64,000 nt of DNA, from positions 5,036,171-5,100,170 of the forward strand of contig OZ316893.1 in the NCBI GenBank assembly GCA_973895155.1, written 5' to 3'. Numbering within the stretch: position 1 is the stretch's first letter; the number at the start of each line of letters is the position of its first letter. Both the position numbers and the translations under genes were made by a program. This DNA is from Marsupella aquatica (taxonomy: Eukaryota > Plantae > Marchantiophyta). Under the pieces are notes generated by a model that saw only the letters and a program-made list of their open reading frames with translations, had not been told where the DNA came from and ran no database searches. Below, piece by piece: positions 40,601-53,403 of the stretch.

Positions 40601-41724
40601 ATTGTTTTTTATCTTTTATGCTAGGTGTGTTATGATATTTATAGAGTATCAATTTCACTATTTTGTGTATGAAATGTTAATTTATCTTAACACCAACTCT
40701 TCCATGTTGGAATAGTTACTTCTTTAATATTTTCTTCAAAAACATTGACAACCTTTCTGGGTTTTCGTATATGTAGGAGAAGAGGCGCTTGAGCAACAAG
40801 GCTTTAGCGATTGGTTACTAGCAATTGGAGAGGGAACTTTGCCAACTGAGTCTGATTTGGGTGATGATGTCATTCATTTGCCGCATGACCTGATAATGCC
40901 AACTGACCATCTTAGTGACCTAATTGTTGAGATCTATGGCTCAGATCCAGTGAACTTCAACAATGCTAACTTTTTAAAAGATAGAGCTATTTTGACCACC
41001 ACAAACAACGATGTGGATAAGGTCAATGAGGAGGTGATGCGTGGATTTCCTGGAGAGGTAAATCCCTTACCACTAGCAACATGAAGGGCTTTCAATTTTG
41101 TCCTTGAAGGAAAAAATTCCAATGAAAGTTAGCAACTTTCTCATGTTTATCCATGGAATTTTGCAGGAACATGAGTTTTTGAGTGCAGATTCAATTCCCA
41201 ATGAAGCAACTGCCTTCATGTATCCCACAAAATTCCTCAATACATTGTTGCCATCCGGTTTACCTCCACATAAGTTGACTCTGAAGATTGGTGCACCCAT
41301 CATGCTTTTGAGAAACATGAATGGGTCAAGAGGACAAGCTAATGGCACTCGCTTGATAGTTTGTGGTTTTGGGCATCATGTCATAGATGTAGAGATCATC
41401 ACAGGGAAGAATATCGGAGACCGTGTTTTCATTCCACGCATTCCTCTTATTGCATCCGACTCAGGGTTACCATTTGATCTTCGTCGATTTCAGTTTCCTA
41501 TCCGTGCTGCCTTTGGTATGACCATCAATAAGTCTCAAGGTCAAACCTTGGCAAAGATTGGGATATTTCTACCAAACCCAGTTTTCTCGCATGGTCAATT
41601 ATATGTGGCATTGTTTAGGGTTGGTGCTCGGACTGGTATTCGCATTATGATAGCACGGAATGCATATCCGAATAAGGATGACCTTTACACAAGGAATGTT
41701 GTATACCGTGAGATTTTAAGATGA
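34690..41724 (+). pseudogene. Helitron RepHel, 15 exons / 14 GT-AG introns, about 1750 codons, 3 in-frame stops
   Basis: Exons: 34690-34763, 34896-35282, 35377-35454, 35630-35722, 35809-35949, 36051-36146, 36315-38141, 38254-38511, 38672-39009, 39101-39411, 39528-39827, 39937-40139, 40274-40581, 40777-41057, 41167-41724. They splice in frame (5253 nt). Motifs [65 protein letters not shown]. Stops at 36637, 37183 and 40096. Confidence 0.93.
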
Positions 41725-42678
41725 TTGCGTGATCATGGGAGGGTGCGTATCCATTGAGCTCTTGGTTACCCTACCACGAGCCTGTGCATTGATAGAACGG
41801 CTTCTCTGCTTCAAGCTGCAATAATCAATTGTTTCAATATTTGTTCAAGGTAAATATTCCTTCCACATTCATTTAAATTCAATACTAACTTGATCCCTCT
41901 TTTGATGACATGATTGGATCTTCTTAGCACTTGGACTCTTTTTGAAGAGGGTTATATTACTTACTCCACTCTCTTTGAGAGTTTATATTCCATCATTCGA
42001 TGCATTCGATCTATTGCAATTGATTTCCTCCTATGACCGTTCTTTTGGCTTCTTCTTTTCGGTGTTTTTGCAGGTGTAGTTTGGGTTGCTTGGTTGGTTC
42101 CAGGCTCCAAGCAAATGGTGCACTTCTAGATATTCAAGCAGATGTGTAGTCTACAATGGACTATTTCATGGTGGCTGTCATATGACATTATTGTTGTATG
42201 TCATGTTGACATCTACAAGCCATCTAACATACCTTATGTTCAAATTTCCATCATTTGAATAAAATTTAGGGTTTTCCCCCACTTGAACCATTTTACCATC
42301 AAGTTTTTAGTCTTGATGGAAAAATTTCTCAAGTGGGGTTTCCCTTTGTCTTTTGATACACTATCCTTATTACTTTCTCAAATCTATTTTGTCTCAAGCA
42401 CTTTTTGGTCCTCATCGCTATTGACGTTCAAAGAACGGGTAGTCGGAGCTAGTAAATAGAGATGAAGATCAAAAAAAGGCTAACCTTGCAAAAAAGAATT
42501 TTATTCTATTTCCAGTTTATCTTTTCCTCCATCCCTGGTTTTTGTCCACCCTCACTTTTGTTTTTATTTCAGTTTTGTCCTTATTAAGAGTCAATGTCAG
42601 TTTTCTTCATCTTTGTCCCATCCTTGTTTTTCGCCCCACCCTCACTTTAAGTTTTGTTCTTATTTAGATTCACTGTCT

Positions 42679-42821
42679 TGTTGTGGGAGAAATGAGACAA
42701 AGAGTTGGTTCCATCTTTACTCTTGGTAGAATATGTACATGTGGCTACGGCCTAAGTAGTTAGGGTAGTTACATAGGTAGTTATCCCAAAGGTAGACTTA
42801 ACTCAAGTATGAGTTACAACA
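42679..42821 (-). repeat. 3' LTR
   Basis: Identical by eye to 45487-45629; adjacent to the PPT. Confidence 0.95.
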
Positions 42822-45486
42822 CTCCCCCTTTGTAACATTGGGGTTGAAATGTTACAATCAAGAGTCTACTTTGGGTATATTCAGTGGTATACAATAGGTT
42901 TTGTTTATGTCTAGCCTATTTTATAAATGGTGTAGCCATCTCAAGTCTACTATAAATGAATGTCAAGCTTCTCCTAATAGATGTCTTATAATTCATGTTG
43001 CATGGTAAAGTGTAAGTGGGGGATGTAACCTCATTAAAACCTCCCCTACTTTCTTTGTGGGAGGAAAGAGTATTACCATCCCCATGGGTGTAACATAATT
43101 GGGTTTAAGAATATAGTGTATGTGTAATTTCTACAAAGTCTCTTAAGGTGTTTGTCAACACTATAGGCTTGTTGAAGATCTTCCTTGGTTGATTGTTTCT
43201 CGTGTCTCCTTCCAATCTGGAAATGGAGACTCCTTGATGGTCACCGATTACATGCCATGACAAAGTAAAGTATTAGTACAAAACGAAGATGATATGGTGT
43301 AATCCATGGCCTTGGAATTGGATTGGGTGTCCAACCCTAGATTTGGTGTGGGCATAACCTATTTGCACCACATCACGTACCATATCCACAACGTAGGGTT
43401 ATCATATTGGGGTATGGCGCACCATCTCTTATGGTGCCTTACCATGCCATGTCTCACCTTATGGTACCTTATGACCTGGTACTGTACCTCATATTATCAT
43501 ATGGTACTTTAATATCCAGTATACCTCATCAAGTATTGGTAAGTGATTGTGTTAACACCATATTCAATCATTTATAAAAATTCCTTAGATTTCATGATTT
43601 GCCATATGCATGGAATAGAGTTCCATTTTTAGGTATTCATTGGTGCGAAAGGCACTTGTGCAATAGGCACATCCCATGGGTTACATTGCTTGATGTCAAG
43701 TCTTACTTGAGGTCTCCCCCTCAATTTGTCATTTACTTCCATGTGCAGTAGGCACTCATTGGCTTCCATGTGTAGTAGGCACGGAGCTTAACTTTTAAGT
43801 GCAGTAGGCACGTTGGGAAAAACAATTCTCCCCCTGAATTTGTGAATGGCAATTCTTATATGGTAATATTCCCAATAGATATCTTTCATTTTAATGCCAT
43901 TTCGTCCCCGTTCTTAGTATGTGTGTTTCCCTGGTTCAGTGCACATTGTTCTTTGTATACGCAAATCTATTTGACGGGTTTTGCAATTAAGGAGGGTTTG
44001 CACTTAGCGGTATGTTCTCGACGTTTTCTCGACGTTTCAGCATTTTTGTTGCGAGATTTGTTCTTTGCTGCGCGCGTTCCCTTCGTGCTCTTATCCTCTT
44101 TTCTCCGAGGGTCTTTTGTTCGTGCTCCCTAAATGTGAAATCTTCCTTCAATCTCCATTGTCATGGATGTGTAAAGTCGATCAAGCTCTTGGTGTCTCCA
44201 TCAACATAGTAAAGTCTGGTGAGAATGCCGGTAGGAAAGGCCGTCATCATCGCAGTACGGCTTAGAAACTAGAGCATCCAGTAGCTCGGTTTCCTCTTCT
44301 TTATCATCTTCCTTCAGGGTACCAGCTGCTCTCGAACAAACCCATCGTTGCTCTCCAGAAGGGGCAACGGCGAATGAGGGTAATTCACGGGACCTGCCTA
44401 CGCTTTTCGATCGTCTTCTCTCTATTGCTGTCGTCTTGCTCTTCTTATCCTTTTCACCCTGGAGGGGAATGCTGCTTTTCAAGATCGGTTACTCTCGAAG
44501 GGCAAAAGACTCATCAATGACTAACGAAGAATGTAATCTTGTGATCCTCGGTTGGGGATAGACTTCCGTTCTGTTCTGCTTTCTTCTTGAGTTCTCTTCG
44601 AATCTTCTAAGAAAAATTTCCTTATCTCCTGCTATCCTTACGAGTTCCTTATGGAATTGAGGCTGTGATCTGCGCCTTGGATCGGTTTGCTTGTGTGATG
44701 ATCTCGCTGCCTGAAGTGGAGGTCGCTACTTTCTATGGTCTGTAAGTCGCGACTTTCTTCACTTGCTTCTTTTTGCACTTCTTACGCGATTGCTCCAAAT
44801 CCTTCTTTCGTTTTCCAGTGATGCGACCAACGGGTTTAATTTCCCCATGTTTGTCCTGCTTTTCTGTCAGCATAGTGTCGGGAAAGCGTAGTGTCGGGAA
44901 AGAAATCACAACATCCTGTTACTGCTTCGTCCATTTCGAATGCCTCCAGCGGTAGACTCGAGTAGAACTGGAAGCAAACACAGGAAATAGAGTAGGTTGT
45001 CGTACTCCAATCTGTTGTGCGCTCACGACCAGCCGTCAGTGAGCTGGTGCTCGCTAGAAATCTTATCAATAAAAGATGTAGTTGGTGTGAGGGTCTTGCT
45101 CGCCAGGGAGTGAGAAAACACCTTGGCCACCAACTTCCGACTCCTCGAAATGGCTGGAGTTCCAATCGCTGGCTCGTTTCCAGATTTGTGAACGCGTCAA
45201 CAACATTGGCTCTGACTGACTGTTGCTATTGCCTTACTGCTATACTGACTTGAAAAGCGTGCACCGAATAAGATGGCGCCTTGATATTCAATTCACCATA
45301 GCTGGGATCAATTCTTCCTTGGCCTTTCTTCCAAAGAAAAATTGCTCGTGCAGCGCTTCAAGCAGCTCTCGCAAAAAAAACTTTGGCACATTCGAATCAC
45401 GTCTTTTCCCTTCTTTCTTCGTCTTAGAGTGAATCAGTCATGGCCTAAAAAAAAATTCAGCCAGTCTTAGGCTCGTGCTGATAACG

Positions 45487-45629
45487 TGTTGTGGGAGAAA
45501 TGAGACAAAGAGTTGGTTCCATCTTTACTCTTGGTAGAATATGTACATGTGGCTACGGCCTAAGTAGTTAGGGTAGTTACATAGGTAGTTATCCCAAAGG
45601 TAGACTTAACTCAAGTATGAGTTACAACA
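45487..45629 (-). repeat. 5' LTR
   Basis: Identical by eye to 42679-42821; adjacent to the PBS. Confidence 0.95.
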
Positions 45630-46956
45630 TGTCTCAATTTTTGTCCCTGTTGAGAGTTATTGTCTACATGCTTCACTCTAAACTGGAGCCAGTGCTTTCT
45701 TTACAACTATAAGAGTAGGGTTACATGCGGTAGGGGCAGGGGAAGCCCGTACTCGGGGCCCCTCACTTCCAACATTTTGGGAAGGCGTCGGGGCGACCTG
45801 CTCTACAGTCGCATGGGGCAACTTGGGGCTGCTCCTTGCCCCCGATGCCCTCCGGTCGCCCTTCCCAGGCGCCTTGCTGCGGACCGGTCTCCCTGCCCCG
45901 GCCCTGCTCCTTTCCACCCGGCCCAAAACGCACCTTGGCAGCGACGACCCCGAAAGGAGCCCAAAGTGCTGCCGGGAATGCTGCAAGCCCTGACGCCATA
46001 GCTATGAAGCTTTCGAGCTCTCCACCGAGTACCACCCGGATCGCTCTTGCTGATCAAATGCGGCCGAATACCAATAGCCCTGCATGTCGTTGCTCCCTGC
46101 CCTGCTTCATCGCAGACTCTCTCTTGGTCTGGGACGAGAGTGCTTCAGAAAAAATGTAGTCTGGTGCTGCCATACCTAAATCAATCCTGATTGATCGATC
46201 GATGCCATCCGATTCTCCACTCTCTCGTTTCTAGCTTGCTTCAATACACATGAGGATCGTTGGATAGTTGGATGGGCTGCAGATCTGCTGACGGGGTCAT
46301 AGCAAGGGGAGACATGGAGTCTCTTTTGTCTTTCCAGCCCTGAAGTTTGACTGGAAGTTTGAATGTGCGAAATGGACTCGTGTTTCAGGTGTGTACAATT
46401 CTTGTTCCTCAAATTTATTGTTTAAATTGCACACAATGCTGTATGTTGGAATTTGCAAAATGTGTGAACAAAGAGTAGTCATAGTGTCAAATGCAATCAC
46501 TTGTCTGCTATTTCTCTGCTGTTGAGTCGGTCCTCAACAATTAATCCTTGTTCACTTGAAGAATGTTTCTTCATGGCAGGCAGGAGCTTGGTCTCATATT
46601 AGAAGATATATCATGGAAGGATTAATTTTCATGGGCTTATGTTGCACCAGCCAGACCTCCCTGATCTCAATCAATTTGTTCAAAGTACAGCAGCCCAGGG
46701 CAGACCCTCTCCTCGTAGGTTTCAACCTCGACCTGGGCCACAAGCATTCCACTCAATACTGAGAACACTAGCTTCTTTGATGGCCTCAATTGCCACAGTT
46801 GTCCACCTGATGATGCCCTTGTTTGAGAGTTCCACTAATTTTTTACTGGATTCCCTAGACAACAATTCACTCACCCAGTCAACACTTTGTAGAGCACTCC
46901 TGTTTTCTCACATAGTGCCCTCCTTTCTGTAAGTAGTTGGGCTAGTTTTCATTGTA

Positions 46957-47287
46957 CAACTTTTTATTAACCTGTCCCCCAAATTACCCAATATTGCTAA
47001 GGTGCTCCCAAAACAAAATTAATTACCAACATGTCCTCCATTTTGTATTTGTATTAATATTAACATGTATAGAGGTTCCCATTATCATATGGCAAGTTGC
47101 TACTGGATATCCTGAGCCCACCGCGGCACCCCTTGGCCCCCTACATCGGCCTCACTTGGCTACGGGAACCCATATACAAGTTACTATTAACCCAAATACA
47201 AAATGGGGGACAAGTTGATAATTAATTTTGTTTGGGGGACAAGTTAATAATATTGGGTAGTTTAGGGGACAGGTTAGTAAAGCGTTG
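46957..47287. mobile_element. MITE, about 330 bp
   Basis: TIRs CAAC.TTTTA.TAACCTGTCCCC.AAA.TACCCAATATT at both ends. Direct flanks TTTCATTGTA (8-10-bp TSD). Confidence 0.85.
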
Positions 47288-47470
47288 TTTCATTGTATTG
47301 CAATGCTTCTGGTTTTTCAGAAAGCTTCCAACATCTTTCACTTTGGATTTACTTTTCAGTCTGGAATGTACATTCAATGTTTCATTGTATTGCAATGCTT
47401 CTGGTTTTTCAGAAAGCTTCCAACATCTTTCACTTTGGATTTACTTTTCAGTCTGGAATGTACATTCAAT
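47288..47470. repeat. 92-bp tandem duplication
   Basis: TTTCATTGTATTGCAATGC...TACATTCAAT repeated at 47288 and 47380. Confidence 0.9.
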
Positions 47471-47741
47471 TATCAACACAAAACAAAACACCACTTGACT
47501 CCATAGAAGCAAACAATGTTGAGTTCAAAATGCAAAAGATTCAATTTGTCACTGTCTTACAAAACATCAAATCCATAGAAGCCTGTTCAGTTCAAAATTG
47601 TGCAGATAGAATCTGTCACTCATAAAATATGAAATACTCTAGCACAAGTGAACATTGTTCAACTCAAAAACTTGTGCAAAGCCTGTTTCAATTTTGGATT
47701 ATAATCTAAGCTATAGATTTCTGTCCCACGAAACTAGCTAC

Positions 47742-48782
47742 TCAAGTGTGTGCTGATTGTCGGAGTCCATCAGCAAGGTACTTAACAGAGTCTGCAATGA
47801 AAGCAAGAGCAGTGGCAACATCTATCCCTGTTTGACGGGCGGATCTCTTAGCTTCAGCTTCAGCAAACAAGGTGTTGACATGTCTCCTATTGTTGAAAGT
47901 GAGGAGTTCATTGTGCTCCTCCCTTCTTGCCAAACGGTCCTCCCCAATTGCTTTGACAAAATGCTCAGTAACTTTGTGCATCTCATCTCGGGTCCTCTCA
48001 GATGCTTTTTTTTGTTTCCAGCCCCTAGTGGTTGATGGGCCGCCATCCTGCTCTCCAGTGACAGAGGCTAGGCTTCTTCCCATGGGACTTGGGTGCTGGA
48101 AGCTGGCTGACTGGGAGGGTGTGGGTCGATCCCGTCCTATATTCCGAGTCTCATCAGGAGTTGGTGGATCATGGTTGGTCGGTGGCGGTCTGTACGAGGT
48201 ATCCAGAGGTTCTGCATCATCATCCAAGTCCCTCAAATGCAGCATCAGGGCTCAATTCATTTGTGTCACCTCTGCCCATGTCTGAATTGGTAGACGGCCA
48301 TGGTTGGGCTTCTTCAGGAGTCCCGCCTGATCCTGGGTCCATGGAATGTCGGACAGCTGCTTCAGCCTCGGCATCGACTGTACTGTCAACATACTGATGA
48401 GGATCTGGATTGACAACTCTATTCGCCGGAACAAATACTACCATAGCCTCATAGATATCTTCCAGGAAAGTAGTGGGCAAACTTTGATCCTTCTTTTCAG
48501 ACCTTGACAATTGAAAGTACCCATCACCACCAGAGGAAGTGTTGGCCTTAAAGTCATAAATCTTCCTGAAGTCTGTGAGCAATTTCTCCCACCTCTTCTT
48601 GCACTGCTTCCAGCCCCTTTGCACATTGTTGGCCTTGCACATTTCTTCAATGTCCTTCCGTCTTTGCTCAGCTGTTTGAATTGGTCTCTGGATGAGTCTA
48701 CTTGAGATTGATCCTACTAGTATTTCTTGCTGTCCACAAGCACCAACAGTTCTCTGGTGTCCCACTAAGCAGTTCTTGCCAT
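47742..48782 (-). pseudogene. Myb/SANT trihelix DNA-binding protein (Harbinger ORF1-like)
   Basis: MARTA*WDTRELLVLVDSKK...RGWKQCKKRWEKLLTDFRKIYDF...YFQLSRSEKK..LP..F is a trihelix signature. C-terminal coiled coil in ORF 47742-48245. Stops and frameshifts present. Confidence 0.8.
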
Positions 48783-49816
48783 ACTACACACCAAAGTTCA
48801 CAGTTTTTGTTTGGTTTAGATCACAGAGCGAGCATTTATAAATTGTGCAAATTTTGATTATAGCTAATTTGTGCTCAACTTCACTCAGCTTAAAATTAAA
48901 GAGAAACACATCCCAAAACACATTCACAATTCAGATTCAAATTGTGCCTAATTTGTGTTCAACTTCACTTAGATCACCCTATTCATTAAAACTTGAATTT
49001 CTCTAGTCCTATAATTTGGGCATTAGAATTGTAATTTTAGACCTCAAAAAGTGTATATTTGGCCACTAAAATGTATGCTTTGGGGGAACAAGTTATAAAA
49101 CTTTTGGGGGTAAAATAAGAAATTTGAAGGTCAACTTAATTAAATAATTCAGTTATCAATTATTAATAATTATTAATTAAAAGACAATAAAGTGTTCTTA
49201 TTATATACAATATAAACAATGAAAAAATAGAATAAGACAATATAATAAATTCAAATGACCCGTGATAACCAAGTTACACAAACACGGAAGGTAAACCGGT
49301 GATGTATTATAAAAGTAAAAAACCTATTTTTATAGGGTCGAGACCACGTCTGCCCCAATGCAGGCTCTAGATGGTTTTGACCGGTTGTTGAATGTATATC
49401 AATTACTATGTAAAAATCTATGTCGAGATTATCTCGATCCAAATGTAGGGTCCACATAAATTTGACCCGTTGTTGAATCTATATCTTTAGCTATTCCCTT
49501 TGTATAGGGTCGAGACCCAAATAACCTTTTTCTGAGAACATATCTACAAGTAAAAGAGGATCAACAACATCTAGACTCAAATGGATAGTACGCATAGCTT
49601 CACTCTTTTTTCAAGTAAGAATATGTATATCTACAACTCACATCATAACTGTTCAGTGTAGGGTCGAGATAATCTAGACCCAAATCTCATGCTCCTCCAC
49701 CCTGCAGAATTCATTTGATCAAGTAAATCTAGACCCTGACGGGTCATATTTCATATCGCGATTGCAGAAAGCGAGAGGATTTCTATTCCAGAACTTTGCG
49801 GTGAGGTCCCTACACC

Positions 49817-50725
49817 TCAGGAAACAAATCCCCGATGATTTTCTCTGTAGGGTCCTGTGTACTGATATCCAATTAATGTCTTTGCAAGGTCGTTGATTGC
49901 CTCCTCCGTCAATTCCTCCATTGGTGGTAATTGTTGCACTTCATTCTTGACATCCCAAGGAATTTTGTCCGCTGTGACATCCAAGACTATATGGATAACC
50001 AAATGAACCCATACCGTACTACCCCACCACTCCATCAACAACGCATAAATGGTAGCCTGTTGATCTCTGTCCGCTAAAACATTTATCATAGACCACTTTG
50101 GATGATTGATAAAAAGGTAGTGCTGAAGATTGAAGGCATGATACAATTTCCTGAGCAGAGGCCACAGTATTTCTGGAAAGAATGTATCATGCGTGGAGTG
50201 ATGCGAAAATGAGGAAGGAAACAACCCACAATTCTCTGAATTTGCAAATGCCTTCACTGGAGTGTCATCAAGAAGGAGTGTATTAGTTTCGTTGTATAAT
50301 CCACCATAATGTTTCCAAACAACCCTCAAATCCTTCAAATGAATATTTGCCTTCCCATCGGTAATGTCAGGCCTCTGGATTCTAGTATTGAATGTATCTT
50401 CTTGTGTGAGAATAAACTTGAATTGCTCTTGCTCTTCTTGACTGAAGATCAAATGAATCATTTCATCCGTCATGGGTTTCCTTGCACAAGTCCAAATGGC
50501 AACATCAAATAACAAAAAACCTGCGATTAAGAACTCGTGAAGATGGGGTCGCTCAACATACATAAAGTTAAACCCTCCACGTCTCCCCCATTGGACACCC
50601 TTGACACTTGTCGCACTACGGCGCGGTCCGGAACTTGGCATTTTGACAGAATCCCAACACATTTTGTTGAGGTCAAGAATCAATAGCTTCCGTCTGATTG
50701 GACCGTGAAGTGGAGGCAAGGGTCC
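49817..50725 (-). pseudogene. FCP1/NIF-like HAD phosphatase domain (last exon of the cargo gene)
   Basis: KLLILDLN..., YVERPHLHEFL, DVAIWT, LKDLRVVW, YNETNTLLLDDTPVKA..N. Spliced to upstream exons through a GT-AG intron at about 50726-50829. Confidence 0.85.
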
Positions 50726-51780
50726 TGCAAAGAAGGAACACCAATGTTAGAATTGTGGGAGATAAAACAGAGGAATGCTCGAGACAATCTCGAGCATCAC
50801 AAGTGAATGAACAACAGTCAACATCATACCTATTGTTGGTTGAAGATCAGTAGTTGAAGAAATCTCAGGACATCTTCGGAGATTATTGTCGACGCACTCC
50901 ACAACTGGTAAAGGCCCGCCTATTTATGTGAAGGTAGACATAATAATTTAGACGGCTGAATTTCAGGACTGTTCAAACTAACTTGGGTTTCAACCTCACG
51001 TGCTGAAAGACCCAAATTCATCTAGAAGGTTATCTCCTAGTTGGTTTTGGATGTCCAAATTTATCCCTCCGGGAAGGGTCTCAACAAGAGCTGGCTGAGA
51101 CCAAACTGGCACTAATTTGAACTTATCCTTCCTATACTTTCTAGATCGAATAATCTTCTCAGACTGCTCTATACTGACTTGTTGACCTTTTGACGGTCCA
51201 TCAGTCCAGACATAATGAGTAGCACTTGCTTTGAGTGATTGTAACCAGTTCTACCGATTTTAGTCCCCAGTTTCCTAACAAAAGGGAGAATTACAGGGCT
51301 TCCAGTAGAAGAATCTGTGAAAACAAGCTTATTCTCTGAAGCGCAAAACATTTGGTCCAAGGGAGAGGACGATGCACCTGCCTCGTCCCGAGGGGGAGTA
51401 TGGCAGCGACTAGCTTTCTTAGTAGAGAGAATCTCATCCAGTTGAGGAGGGCTTGGAATTGGTTGGCTAACTACGTCCTACAAGGTGGATTCCTAGCCAA
51501 CATCCAAGGTTGAAGACTGTTGTTCACGTTGTGCGTCTCCAAGGCCACCCGATGAAGGAACACCTGGAAGGTCGAGATCATCTCAAGCATCATTTCCAAA
51601 TTCAGGCAATATTTCACCCTCCTCTTCCATGTAGCTTGGGATTTTTGGGCCCTCCGTTTTGCGATGCTCTAAATTCTCCGCAAATACTTCCTCAAAAATA
51701 CTGGCTTCCACCGGAGCTATGTCTGAGGCCGCCTCTTCTATAAGAACGAGGGGACCGGCAGTAATTTCCTGAGATGGTAA

Positions 51781-52590
51781 CTATTCTTTGGGTGGCACAT
51801 ATAAAACTTGCTTGTTGTCATGGAGGAGCTGAGCAAAGGCTTCTGTGAATTCCATCTCTTGAGCTGTGTCCGAATACACAAAACAATCCCGACCAAGAAT
51901 GACACAAGCTTTCAATGTCTGTCCTCCAGAGAAGAAATCCAACACTGTGTGACCTGGGCAGGAGAAATAATCAACAAGACGCTTTGTCATTCACAAAGGC
52001 TTTGCTCTCGGATTACAAAGCCACCCCGCCGACCGACCATCTCATAAGATGGGGCCATCTTCTCCAAAACTTTAACATCAACAGTAGATTCATCGAGCTT
52101 ATCTTTCCCCTTTGATTGGTCTTTGTTGTTCCCAGTAGGGGCCTTCAAAGGCAAGACTGTGAAGTCTTTGTCCCACTTCTCACTGTAGTTCCAAAACGCA
52201 TAAAAGTCATCAAAGAAAATTTGGGACCAGTCTGGTTTCTCTTCACAATAAATTCCCCCAAAGATGATTGAGTCTCGGGCTACAATGAGAAAATCTCCCT
52301 CCTCCTTGGGCAGCTGATCACGGTAGTAGCTCCCGTACTCCAGCTTCGTGTGGACTTTCTTCTCACGACAAATCTTTTCAAAGGCACTCTGAATCTGGCC
52401 TATCAATGGGCCTTGACGGACAAAAAAGATTACCAAGAGCTCCGTCGAGTTCACCATCTGCAAACAAAATTTTGGCATCTGTCCACTGTCGTTGTTGAAG
52501 ACGACCAAAATCAACAATGGAAAGTGGGCACATCCTTTGCACCAAGTCAACAATCTCAGGCTTCATTGTCCTCATCAAATTATCGCTAAA
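51781..52590 (-). pseudogene. Beta-class (circularly permuted) N4C/N6A DNA methyltransferase-like domain of the cargo gene
   Basis: C-terminal EMTKRLVDYFSCPGHTVLDFFSGGQTLKACVILGRDCF parallels LLERLI..SS.PGD.VLDPF.GSGTT..AA..LGR.F (motifs X-I-II). N-terminal KPEIVDLV..CPLSIVDF lies where motif IV is expected, but there is no DPPY/SPPY. Frameshifted. Confidence 0.6.
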
Positions 52591-53403
52591 AAATGTGTGA
52601 TAAGGAGTATCCTCCATTGAAGGCATCGCCAAATACCTTGCAATATATCTGCTCAAGCCTAACAATGAGACTTTGCGGAAATGGGTCTTTTGGCCTATTT
52701 CTTTTTAGGAGGTTGGAAATCCAAACCTCTCCAGCAAGTTGTCTAAGTTTGGGCAACTCACCACGATCCATAAATGCAGGCAAATATTGAGTTAGCTCAA
52801 ACCAAGTGAGTGAATTGGCAAACCGATCCGGATACTTCAAGACGAAGTACTCCACAATTGTTGCCCTCAACTTGGTCATGACTTTGAAAGTATGAGCCAT
52901 ATCACTCATTGATTGAACATCAGATTTGTTGGCTGGGTCTTTCTTCAATAAAATCTTCTGATGTTGAACGGCAGTAAAAACTTTCAGAATGTCATCACTA
53001 CTCAGGTCTCCTTCAAATCATCTAAACAATGCCAGCGTAATCATTTTTGTTGTCCGGAATTTCCCGTTTATTTTTGAACCTAACTCCCCTAGACCATCCG
53101 GAAGAAGTCCCTTGACCCAATCGATGCACATTTGTCTCCAAGACTGGAAGAGGTTCTCTTCCAAAAAAAGCAACCAAAAAATATTCCTCAGATCGGATTT
53201 TCCAGTCGTTATTTTGGTCAAGGCCATAAAATCTTGATCCAAACAGTACAAAGAAAATCTGAGGCTCGAGACGATCTCAAGGTAGAATTAAGGAACTATG
53301 TTGATATTTATCGGAGAATACATGAAGATAAATCAAATACATAAACTTGACCTCGAGGCTCGAGACAATCTCGAGCTAGAAGTGGATTTGAGTTCGAATA
53401 TAC

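Larger units (their letters stand above)
30720..42452 (+). mobile_element. Helitron 2 (intron-rich RepHel; long 5' region with captured fragments)
   Basis: 3' hairpin CGTTC-AAA-GAACG followed by CTAG|T at 42449-42453. Candidate 5' A|TCTTACTAATAAAGCG at 30720, followed by hairpins (TACGGTCTAGAG..CTCTAGACCGTA). The 5' boundary is less certain than the 3' boundary. Confidence 0.75.
42679..45629 (-). mobile_element. Non-autonomous Ty1/Copia (Bianca-like) LTR retroelement, 2951 bp
   Basis: 143-bp TG..CA LTRs at 42679-42821 and 45487-45629. TSD TGTCT. Minus-strand PBS CGTTATCAGCACGAG next to the right LTR, and PPT AGGGGGAG at 42822-42829. Internal region has only degenerate gag/pol remnants. Confidence 0.92.

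Noticed and set aside
46952-47218. EVPIIIWQVATG as a Harbinger transposase RLATG motif
   Set aside because: It lies inside the 330-bp MITE and no DDE motifs follow, so the likeness is probably chance.
47742-48782. Myb/trihelix gene as a host transcription factor or as cargo of the 13.8-kb element
   Set aside because: It is outside the TTAG-flanked TIRs, inside the Harbinger-like TIRs, and disrupted.
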